Positions 10,994 through 19,254 of a stretch of 64,000 nucleotides of DNA are shown piece by piece; position 1 is the stretch's first letter; each line of letters opens with the position of its first letter. Made by a program: the position numbers and the translations under genes. Source of the DNA: Nitrosopumilus sp. (GTDB lineage Archaea; Thermoproteota; Nitrososphaeria; Nitrososphaerales; Nitrosopumilaceae). The stretch lies in assembly GCA_965218785.1 (NCBI GenBank), contig OZ244650.1:960001-1024000 (forward strand), written 5' to 3'. The notes under the pieces are model-generated. The model made no database searches and had not been told where the DNA came from. It saw only the letters and a list, made by a program, of their open reading frames with translations.

Positions 10994-11224
10994 ATGGTGC
11001 TAACTTTCATGGCTGAATCAAGACAACTTTGCGTGTCTGGGAATACTGTCTCTAAAATGGCACTGTTGGCACTGGCGGCAGTCTTTGCAGTGGGACTGTT
11101 TGTTGTGGCATTTGAGCAGGGAGCCATCCTGAGCCTGGTTTATGGGGAGCAGGCATTCGTTGATCTAACCCTCCACGAGCTGACACATGATATGCGACAC
11201 GCTGCCGGATTTCCATGTCACTAG
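10994..11224 (+). CDS. cbtB: Cobalt transporter small subunit CbtB-like
   Basis: TM helix plus C-terminal HELTHDMRHAAGFPCH, directly upstream of cbtA. Confidence 0.9.
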   Translation: MVLTFMAESRQLCVSGNTVSKMALLALAAVFAVGLFVVAFEQGAILSLVYGEQAFVDLTLHELTHDMRHAAGFPCH

Positions 11225-11236
11225 GGGGTACATCCC

Positions 11237-11971
11237 ATGATTAAAACATCTTATTTTATCATAATCGTTCTTGCATCTGGCGCATCTGCCGGTCTTATTC
11301 ACGGTACAGTCAACTTTGCAATCGTAGAGCCCTACCTTGATCAAGCCATCGGAATTGAAAATCAGGGTCTTTTTGAATCCGGTCAGCAAGAAGACACCCC
11401 GGAATTCCAGGTGGAGTATGAGGGATACAGGGCATGGCAGAAGAGCGGACAGATTCTTGCCGGAGTCATACTTGGAACATCAATTGGCGCGCTGTTTGGC
11501 ATAGTCTACGCGTTATCTAGAAACTCACTGCCCGGAAACAATGATATTCAAAAAGCGGTGCTCCTGGCTGGAATCATGTGGTTTACCATATACCTGGTTC
11601 CGTTTTTAAAGTACCCTGCAAATCCCCCCGGTGTGGGTGATGCCGATACCGTTGCGCTGCGGGCAGTACTGTATCTGGCTTTTATTGCAATCTCCGGATT
11701 TGGCGCAGTGGGTTTTTACAAACTATCTACAAAACTTCAAGCTGGTAAAAGACCTGCCGCGTTAATCGGGTATGGCGTTTTTATCACTGCTGCCTTTTTT
11801 GCAATGCCTGACAACCCCGATGAAACCGGCATCCCGATGGATTTCATAAATGAATTTAGAATCATGTCTGTTCTGGGTGTCACATCCTTTTGGGTTTCAG
11901 TAGGTGTGATTCTAGGATATTTCTGGAAGCGTTTTATCTCTTATACGGAGGCCACCAGGTCTTACAACTAA
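11237..11971 (+). CDS. cbtA: Cobalt transporter CbtA
   Basis: Multi-TM protein with LVPFLKYPANPPGVG motif, paired with cbtB. Confidence 0.9.
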   Translation: MIKTSYFIIIVLASGASAGLIHGTVNFAIVEPYLDQAIGIENQGLFESGQQEDTPEFQVEYEGYRAWQKSGQILAGVILGTSIGALFGIVYALSRNSLPGNNDIQKAVLLAGIMWFTIYLVPFLKYPANPPGVGDADTVALRAVLYLAFIAISGFGAVGFYKLSTKLQAGKRPAALIGYGVFITAAFFAMPDNPDETGIPMDFINEFRIMSVLGVTSFWVSVGVILGYFWKRFISYTEATRSYN

Positions 11972-11972
11972 A

Positions 11973-12015
11973 TTCTTAGTCTCTAGAATGAGAATAAAAA
12001 CACCTCGTTTAAATA
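11973..12015 (+). promoter_or_regulatory. Imperfect 22-bp palindrome containing TCTAGAATGA, followed by a TATA box
   Basis: TTCTTAGTCTCTAGAATGAGAA (11973-11994) matches its reverse complement at 16/22 positions. TTTAAATA at 12008-12015, ATG at 12038. Confidence 0.55.
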
Positions 12016-12037
12016 TCCAAGGACATCTGATAACTAC

Positions 12038-12370
12038 ATGTCAAGACGGTTGACCCTGCCACAGCTAAAAAAGTATGATATAACTCAAAAGGTAATAGAG
12101 GCACTTGCCGATTCTGAATCGCGTGCAATCTTGTTTTCAATTATTAAAAAAGGAAATACTGCTGCAGAATTATCTGACAGGCTCAAAATCCCGCTCAGTT
12201 CAGTGTATAAAAAACTGACAGATCTTGAGGAACTTACTCTAATTGAAGTTGAAAAATGGATGCTCTCTGACAAGGGTCGAAAATTCAAGATTTATCGAAG
12301 CAGAATCAGCAAGGCAGATATCTCCATAAGAAAACCTGATCCCGTCCTTACGTTGGTTCCAATCCGGTGA
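12038..12370 (+). CDS. Winged-helix (ArsR-like) transcriptional regulator 1
   Basis: HTH TAAELSDRLKIPLSSVYKKL and wing GRKFKIYRS. Confidence 0.88.
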   Translation: MSRRLTLPQLKKYDITQKVIEALADSESRAILFSIIKKGNTAAELSDRLKIPLSSVYKKLTDLEELTLIEVEKWMLSDKGRKFKIYRSRISKADISIRKPDPVLTLVPIR

Positions 12371-12374
12371 TCTC

Positions 12375-12725
12375 ATGTCAAAACACAACATTATCCAGTT
12401 ATCGGAATTTGATATTACTCAAAAGATTATAGAATCACTAAGTAACATCTGCACGCGGACCGTGCTATTTTCTGTAAAACACGAATCAAAGGATGCCACC
12501 ATGATTGCCGACGAGCTAAAGATCTCACTATCTACTGTCTACAAGACGTTATCCACACTGGAGGATCTTGCACTAGTCGAGGTAAGCAGGTATGTCATTT
12601 CATCTGAAGGCAAGAAGATCAAGCGGTACCGAAGCAGGATTGGCAAGGTCGAGATTACCCTGGAGAATCCGGAACCCAGTCTGAATCTGTATCCAAACAC
12701 GGCAAACCCCAAATCAAGTTTGTAA
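12375..12725 (+). CDS. Winged-helix (ArsR-like) transcriptional regulator 2, paralogue of the preceding gene
   Basis: Shared DITQKxIE, HTH and GKKIKRYRS wing. Confidence 0.88.
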   Translation: MSKHNIIQLSEFDITQKIIESLSNICTRTVLFSVKHESKDATMIADELKISLSTVYKTLSTLEDLALVEVSRYVISSEGKKIKRYRSRIGKVEITLENPEPSLNLYPNTANPKSSL

Positions 12726-12966
12726 TTTTTTTTTGCATCTTTTGTGTTTGTCCCAGACAAGAATGGATGCTATCAGAACGCCGATCACAAAAGCATGAAA
12801 AAAGACCGACAGAATGCAGCAGGTTCCAGAGATTAAATCAACTAGTCACGCGCACATTTTATTTCAAATATATTTTTCAGATGGTTAATGGTACAGATAT
12901 CATATCGTGTACACCTCGTACTGTGTTGTTCATCTAACTGATCCAGATAGTTGGCGTGGATGTGCA

Positions 12967-13200
12967 TCACGCATGTTGGATGTCTGATGCGGTGGCAGCA
13001 CGCAGCCGTTTGTATTGTTTGTCAAACATGCCATGTCGAGTTATTTTCCACAATCTTTAGTTATTTTTGCACCCGTATGCAATTCTCTGATAAACTCTCC
13101 GGCGTCATTTCTTGCGTTCTTCTGGATGGGCATAGAAATATTCACTGTCTGCAATCTCTCCTCTGAGAGTGGCGGTGAGTCGTCCTGTTTTGCATGACAT
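12967..13200 (-). pseudogene. Decayed RelE-type toxin-antitoxin pair
   Basis: Frameshifted antitoxin-like pieces from the ATG at 13200 (AKQDD..., EIADSEYFYAHPEERKK, AGEFIRELH) resemble the 50616-50750 peptide. They are followed by LWKITRHGMFDKQYKRL* (13053-12967), resembling the RelE N-terminus at 50623. Confidence 0.6.
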
Positions 13201-13607
13201 GTGTTCCTATACAAACTACTTTTTTTTAAATTAATATTATAAAATCACACTTTTGATGCCAGTTTCTGCGCGTTTTATTCGGTCTTTTGTGTTGTCAGGA
13301 TCAGGAGGAGACCTCCTGGTAATTGAATCGATTTTATCAAACCACGCACGTTTCTTTACAACGAGATCCGAGAGTAGGAATAACAGTACAATTCATGCCA
13401 ACATGCAAAAAATTATCAAAAAAACCAAAATCTTTTTTCTCCTTTACCGGAGTTACGGCGTAATAATTTGATGTCATTTTACGATCTCAAAAAACAGTAT
13501 CCCCGGACTGAGAATGCAGACTGGCAAAAAAAGGCTCAGAAATACCGGTGCGGGTAGGTGGTATTATTTGTAATTACACACGAGTCTCTAATACTCATTA
13601 TACCATC

Positions 13608-13645
13608 TTGGAATGAGAGTCTAGAATGAAAACCCTGTTTAAATA
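13608..13645 (+). promoter_or_regulatory. phnD promoter: GAATGA repeats (including TCTAGAATGA) plus TATA box
   Basis: TTGGAATGAGAGTCTAGAATGAAAA, then TTTAAATA at 13638-13645, ATG at 13671. Confidence 0.55.
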
Positions 13646-13670
13646 ACTTAGCTAGTCCTAAGATACTGTA

Positions 13671-14765
13671 ATGAGATTAAAAACGACTTTTGGACTGATT
13701 GCCCTTGTTCTTGCCGTATCTGGTGTGGCAGTGGCCATACCGTTGACTCTGAATGCTCAGGCCGAAACCCTGATTCCCAAATGGATCAAGACAAACGCGG
13801 AATTGTGGGCAGACGGCACGATAAATGATGATACTTTTCTTGCCGGCATTACATACCTGATTGAGAATGACATCATCAATGTTTCATCCGAATCCCCAAG
13901 TGCTGACATACAAGATATCACGATCGGATTCATCCCAGTTGAAAAGGCAGACGAGCTGACTCCAAAAGCCAAGGCACTGGAGGAATTTCTTGAAAACGAG
14001 ATGGGCATCGATGTAAACGTGGTGGTCCCGACAAACTATGAGACGATAATCGAGGGAATGAGATTCGGCCACATCGATGCCGCATTTATGGATACCGGTC
14101 CTGCATGGATTACCCATCAGAGAACCGGTGCACAGGCAGTACTGGCCGAGCTTGTGGCAGGAAAGATCAACTACCAGGCAACAGTCTGGGCACTGGCTGA
14201 GAATGACTCGCTTCAATCAATTGAGGATACTGTAGGAAAACGGGTCGCCTTTACCAGCATTACCGGCTCGTCTGGCTTTGTTCGGCCCATGGGAACGCTG
14301 GTAACTGACGGGCACGTAGTAATTCAGGGTGATGACATAGTGGCACTGGAACATGCCCTGGCAAACAGCTTTGAGAGTTACACCTTTGCAGGCAGTTACA
14401 AGGCCGCCCTTGAACTTCTCTTAAACGGCAATGTCGATGCGGCGTTTGGTTCTGATATTGCACCGCAAAAATATCTTGAATTAGAAGACCAGGCAAAACT
14501 GCGCGCAGTTGCAACCATCGGACCGGTACCATCCCACGTATTTATGGTAAGCTCCGATATGTCCCAGTCCACCAAGGACGCACTCGTTGACTCGCTCATC
14601 AAACTAAACTATGATGATTACAACCACATCCTCACAGACCTGTACGGCGCAGAGGCGCTGGTTCCAACCACCACCACCATGCATATCGGTGAGTTTGGGG
14701 ATTTTATTGACGTGCTGACCGGCCTTGATCAGCTGATTCTTGAGAAATACGACAAGGGCAAATAA
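13671..14765 (+). CDS. phnD: Phosphate/phosphite/phosphonate ABC transporter substrate-binding protein with N-terminal thaumarchaeal IPxWIK domain
   Basis: Signal peptide, IPKWIKTNAELWADG domain, then PhnD-like fold (IGFIP, TSITGSSGFVRP). Precedes phnC and phnE. Confidence 0.88.
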   Translation: MRLKTTFGLIALVLAVSGVAVAIPLTLNAQAETLIPKWIKTNAELWADGTINDDTFLAGITYLIENDIINVSSESPSADIQDITIGFIPVEKADELTPKAKALEEFLENEMGIDVNVVVPTNYETIIEGMRFGHIDAAFMDTGPAWITHQRTGAQAVLAELVAGKINYQATVWALAENDSLQSIEDTVGKRVAFTSITGSSGFVRPMGTLVTDGHVVIQGDDIVALEHALANSFESYTFAGSYKAALELLLNGNVDAAFGSDIAPQKYLELEDQAKLRAVATIGPVPSHVFMVSSDMSQSTKDALVDSLIKLNYDDYNHILTDLYGAEALVPTTTTMHIGEFGDFIDVLTGLDQLILEKYDKGK

Positions 14766-14778
14766 AAGACTGACCTTA

Positions 14779-15594
14779 ATGACGCAGAAAACCCCCCTCC
14801 CCTTGATCTCTACAAAAAAGATCATCCAGATGAGCGATGTCTGGACGTCATACGATTCTAAAAATTTTGCATTGGAGGGAGTCAACATATCCATAGACCG
14901 TGGAACCAACTATGCGATAGTCGGGCAGTCCGGTTCTGGAAAATCCACCCTGCTCAAACTGATGAACGCAATGATGATACCCAGCAGGGGAACCATAAAA
15001 ATTGATTATGTCACCCCAAACATCCGTGATAAGCGCTTTAAAACCATGATGCACACAATCGGTTACATTCCCCAGAGCCTCGGTCTGGTAAAAAACGTCA
15101 CGGTCCTAGAAAACACGCTTCTTGGCGCGCTGCCGCGACTCGGCAGGGTGCAGTCCATGCTCAAGCGGTTTCCCGAACACGAGATTCTGGAGGCCAAAAG
15201 AATCCTGGGACTAGTCGGACTGGCAGGCAAGGAGGACAGAAAGGCCTACATGCTCAGCGGCGGTGAGAAAAGAAGGGTCGCCATTGCAAGGGCGCTGATG
15301 CAAAAGCCGACAATACTGCTAGCTGATGAAATAGTTTCCGAACTGGACCATCTCACCGCACATGAGATCATGAATCTGATTGCAGATGCACAAAAAAGAA
15401 TGAATCTTACTGCCATCATGGTTCATCACGACATGCGGCTGGCACTGGAATACGCAAACCGCGTTGCCGTCATCAAGGACGGGCAGAAAATCCTGGAGAT
15501 CGGAGTTGAGGGTGACAAGATAGTTGATTTTCAGACAGGCAAGATGAGCACGGAGGAGATCATGGAGATGTATGCTGATGAACCCAAAAAATAA
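14779..15594 (+). CDS. phnC: ABC transporter ATP-binding protein (PhnC-like)
   Basis: Walker A GQSGSGKST, LSGGE signature, Walker B ILLADE. ATG at 14779 chosen. Confidence 0.9.
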   Translation: MTQKTPLPLISTKKIIQMSDVWTSYDSKNFALEGVNISIDRGTNYAIVGQSGSGKSTLLKLMNAMMIPSRGTIKIDYVTPNIRDKRFKTMMHTIGYIPQSLGLVKNVTVLENTLLGALPRLGRVQSMLKRFPEHEILEAKRILGLVGLAGKEDRKAYMLSGGEKRRVAIARALMQKPTILLADEIVSELDHLTAHEIMNLIADAQKRMNLTAIMVHHDMRLALEYANRVAVIKDGQKILEIGVEGDKIVDFQTGKMSTEEIMEMYADEPKK

Positions 15595-16363
15595 CATCCT
15601 GGTGGGTGTCATCGTTGCTGTCGTGGTGGCGGCATCCTACAACATCGGTGCCGATCCCGTGGAATTCATCCAGGGAATACCGAATCTTACAGTTGTTGCC
15701 CAGGAGATGCTTCTAGTCGAACCCAAATACATTCCGACTGCACTCTGGGCAATGTTTGAAACGATACAGATGGCCTTTGTTGGAACCATGGTCGGCGTAG
15801 TCATTGCACTGCCACTGAGTCTTCTTGCCGCGCGAAACCTTAACAGCAAATATGTTTATGCGCCCATCCGGGCGTTGTTAGCTGCCATCCGCACATTCCC
15901 GTCTATTTTGTGGGCGATACTGTTTGTAATCATGGTCGGGCTTGGCCCCTTTGCCGGCGTACTGGCAATCATCATGTATACGATCGGGTTTGTTGCAAAG
16001 TTACAGTACGAGGCAATTGAAACAATCGATGCTGATCCCATGGATGCAGTGTGCTCCATCGGGGTCTCAAAATGGCAGCTGATTCGCTATGTTGTTATTC
16101 CGGAATCGGCCTCGCACCTGCTTGGCCAGATGCTTTACATGTTTGATTACAACATCCGCCAGACCAGCATCCTGGGACTGGTTGGTGCCGGCGGAATCGG
16201 CTTTTACATTATCAACTATATCAAGTTCTTTGAATACGGAAAGGCCGCAGTATTCATGCTGGTGGTGCTAGTTACCGTCCTGGTAATAGACTGGGCAAGC
16301 GTGAGGATCAGGGACAACTATATCATAAAATCCCAGCACGGTGTGGACGTATCTGCAAAATAG
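15572..16363 (+). CDS. phnE: ABC transporter permease (PhnE-like)
   Basis: ETIQMAFVGT, VGLGPFAGVLAI, NIRQTSILGLVGAGGIG motifs. Confidence 0.92.
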   Translation: MLMNPKNNILVGVIVAVVVAASYNIGADPVEFIQGIPNLTVVAQEMLLVEPKYIPTALWAMFETIQMAFVGTMVGVVIALPLSLLAARNLNSKYVYAPIRALLAAIRTFPSILWAILFVIMVGLGPFAGVLAIIMYTIGFVAKLQYEAIETIDADPMDAVCSIGVSKWQLIRYVVIPESASHLLGQMLYMFDYNIRQTSILGLVGAGGIGFYIINYIKFFEYGKAAVFMLVVLVTVLVIDWASVRIRDNYIIKSQHGVDVSAK

Positions 16364-17389
16364 TCACGTTGTGATCTTTTTTATCTCACCGGATTCTGCG
16401 GCAGTCTTTATCTCCCTTGCTATTCTTCTGCCCATGCTCATGGGCTCATCAAACAACAGTGAATAGTACGGCGAGCCGTCCATGTAGATGTTGGTTCCTG
16501 CGACGATTCTTGCTGAAAATTCAAATGATGTAAACTCTGCATTCTCGTCATAGACGCCCTCGATACAAAACGGCCCGTTCATGCCGGGCTTGACGAGTCT
16601 CTTTGCCGCCTCTACAAAGTCTTCTCCCATGCTGTATGCCTTGTCTAGGAGCGACTCCCTTAGGATTAGCGGACTGTTTCCAATTACGTTAAAGGATGGA
16701 ACCTTACTGCTATTGATTTGCTGCTCTGCTGGAATTCTGGCCAGCCCTTCAATGTCTGACTCGTGTCTTTGATCAGCTCCAAAGAACTCCAGCTCTTCTT
16801 TTAACGGCGAATAAAAAAACTGCAGATACGCAAGTACCCCTGCGGCATACTCTTGAATGTATAATGTTTCATCCTTTGAGATGACCCCGTCTGAAATTAA
16901 CTGGCTTCTTTTTGTGTTGTAATCATCCCGGCTTGCCGCCAAAAAATACCCCTTTCCACCTGCCGCACCCTGCCTCTTTACGATTACCAGCCTGTCTATC
17001 TCTGCGGGATCTGACACCGGTGTCGGGACGGGAAGATTCGCCTCCCTCATCAGTTTCTCCTTCATCTCCCTGTCAGACTCCCATCTTAGAATCCACTTGT
17101 TTCCAAAGACCGGTGTTTTGATTGACTCGATCTCCTCGGAGCTCATCTGTGCAATCAGCGTTCCATGCGGAATTAACACCGCGTCGCTTTGCTCTAGCGC
17201 GTTCTGACACCTTTGATCCAGGATCTCCGCGAACGAATCCACCATGATGAATTCATCGATAAAGGGAAACCTCCGATACAGCTTTTCGCGTCTTTTTTCA
17301 CAGACTAGCACCGTCTTTAGGCCCTCGTCCTTTGCGCCCTTGAGAACCTGGAGTGCGCAGTGCGAACCAAGCGTGGCAACTGCAGTCAT
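16364..17389 (-). CDS. purP: Formate--phosphoribosylaminoimidazolecarboxamide ligase family (PurP-type ATP-grasp)
   Basis: ATLGSHCALQ, IPHGT, GGKGYF, FEFSARIVAGTN. Confidence 0.9.
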   Translation of the reverse strand: MTAVATLGSHCALQVLKGAKDEGLKTVLVCEKRREKLYRRFPFIDEFIMVDSFAEILDQRCQNALEQSDAVLIPHGTLIAQMSSEEIESIKTPVFGNKWILRWESDREMKEKLMREANLPVPTPVSDPAEIDRLVIVKRQGAAGGKGYFLAASRDDYNTKRSQLISDGVISKDETLYIQEYAAGVLAYLQFFYSPLKEELEFFGADQRHESDIEGLARIPAEQQINSSKVPSFNVIGNSPLILRESLLDKAYSMGEDFVEAAKRLVKPGMNGPFCIEGVYDENAEFTSFEFSARIVAGTNIYMDGSPYYSLLFDEPMSMGRRIAREIKTAAESGEIKKITT

Positions 17390-17411
17390 GCGTCTGCTGT
17401 GATATCGTACT

Positions 17412-17627
17412 TTATGAACTATGTGAGGCAGTTACGTATTCAAATACCTCGTCAATTATCTCCGCGCTTAATTTTGGTCTTATCTTGTCGGGGACTGCCT
17501 TTAGCACGAAATCATACATCGTCGTATTTTCAGGAAGGCTGCCCCTCTCCTGCAGCATGGAAAAAACCGCAATTCCGTTTGAGATGAGTGCCACTGCCTT
17601 TTCCTTCTCCGTTAGGGTCATGCCCAC
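17412..17627 (-). CDS. Small conserved hypothetical protein
   Basis: 71-aa ORF with normal composition, co-directional with and just upstream of purP. Confidence 0.7.
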   Translation of the reverse strand: MGMTLTEKEKAVALISNGIAVFSMLQERGSLPENTTMYDFVLKAVPDKIRPKLSAEIIDEVFEYVTASHSS

Positions 17628-17700
17628 CTGGGAAACTGCAGTAATTTAATCCAAATCCCGATAATGAAAAATTAATTACACCGCCAAATACGGTAATAGC

Positions 17701-19011
17701 ATGATAGGGACGGAACTAGGAGACCTGCGCAGATCGCATTATTCTGACGGGATAGACGCCTCGATGGACGGGGCCACCGTTGTAGTCATGGGCTGGATTC
17801 TGACGGTAAGGGGGCATGGCAACATCAGTTTTGCCACGCTCCGTGACAAGAACGGCGATATCTCCATAGTGGCAAAAAAGGGGGACTGTCCGGATGAGGT
17901 GCGTGAAAAGATCTCCTCGCTAAAGGCGCACTCCTCTGTTGCCATTACCGGAACGGTGAAATCATCTGAAAAGGCGCCCGACGGATTTGAGATAATTCCA
18001 TCAGAGCTGAGGGTGTTCTCAAACGTTGAAAAAATCCCGCCTTTTGAACCGACTGCCAAAACCGTCAAAAACATCGACACAAGACTGGAGGTAAGACCCA
18101 TTGATCTTAGACGCAAACCTCTGCAGCACATCTTTAATGCACGAAGCCTGGTTTTAAAATCAATCCGGGATTATTTTCACGAAGAAAAGTTCACCGAGAT
18201 CAACACGCCGAAAATGATTGCGACTGCCACCGAGGGCGGCGCCGCGCTGTTTGCGATATTTTACTACAACAAGGAGGCGTTTTTGGCGCAGAGCCCGCAG
18301 CTGTACAAGGAACAGCTGACGATGAGTTTTGAAAAGGTCTTTGAGATAGCGCCAATCTTCAGGGCCGAGCCCTCACGAACCAACAGACACCTGGCAGAGG
18401 CGATATCCATTGATTTGGAGGAGGCCTTTGTTGATTATAATGATGTGATGGATAGAATCGAGGAGCTCATCCGGATTTCAGTTGAGACAGTCGGTAGGTA
18501 TGTTGCTGAGAACCCAGATGCAGGATTTGCAGTTCCCGCAGCTGTCAAAACAATTCCGAGGTATTCCTATGATCATCTCATTGATAAAATGCAAAAGGCC
18601 GGGGCAAAGACTGAATGGGGCGATGATCTGTATCCGTCCAATCTTAAAAAAATCGGACTGGAGGGTTTTTACTTTATCACAGACTGGCCTCTGGGTCCCA
18701 AGCCGTTTTATGTAAAGGGCGGCAGATCAAATCCGAAAATCTCAGAGTCGTTTGACCTGATGTTTGGGGATCTGGAACTCTCATCAGGCAGTACCAGAAT
18801 TGAAAAACGGGACGAACTGACTACGAGGATGAACAACAAGGGAATGAAGACAGACACGTTTGAGTACCATCTTGGGGCATTTGATTACGGCGTTCCACCG
18901 CATGCCGGATGCGGCATCGGACTTGAGAGGCTGATTATGGCGCTGACTGGCACTGAAAACATCCGCGATGTGACGTTTTATCCAAGGGATGCTGACAGGC
19001 TGACCCCGTAG
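17701..19011 (+). CDS. aspS: Aspartyl-tRNA synthetase, archaeal non-discriminating type
   Basis: OB fold, LAQSPQLYKE, FRAE motif 2, GIGLER motif 3. GatCAB lies nearby. Confidence 0.96.
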   Translation: MIGTELGDLRRSHYSDGIDASMDGATVVVMGWILTVRGHGNISFATLRDKNGDISIVAKKGDCPDEVREKISSLKAHSSVAITGTVKSSEKAPDGFEIIPSELRVFSNVEKIPPFEPTAKTVKNIDTRLEVRPIDLRRKPLQHIFNARSLVLKSIRDYFHEEKFTEINTPKMIATATEGGAALFAIFYYNKEAFLAQSPQLYKEQLTMSFEKVFEIAPIFRAEPSRTNRHLAEAISIDLEEAFVDYNDVMDRIEELIRISVETVGRYVAENPDAGFAVPAAVKTIPRYSYDHLIDKMQKAGAKTEWGDDLYPSNLKKIGLEGFYFITDWPLGPKPFYVKGGRSNPKISESFDLMFGDLELSSGSTRIEKRDELTTRMNNKGMKTDTFEYHLGAFDYGVPPHAGCGIGLERLIMALTGTENIRDVTFYPRDADRLTP

Positions 19012-19254
19012 GGGTTCTTATTTAGTGCGTGGGTGGGATCTAGTCTGAAAATATGATCAGAGCAGTCTGTTATGACATACTTGATTCCTGCAGATGTTGT
19101 CTGCTTTTTTTGCTGTTGTAAGCGTTGAATCTGCAACGTCCGGATGTGGGTGCCTCTGCCTATCCCGGATTAGAGGCCGGTTTTCAGATTATGATTACTG
19201 CCTAGGTGTATTACTATGTAATATATTCAATGTGTTAAATAAAAACATGAACTG

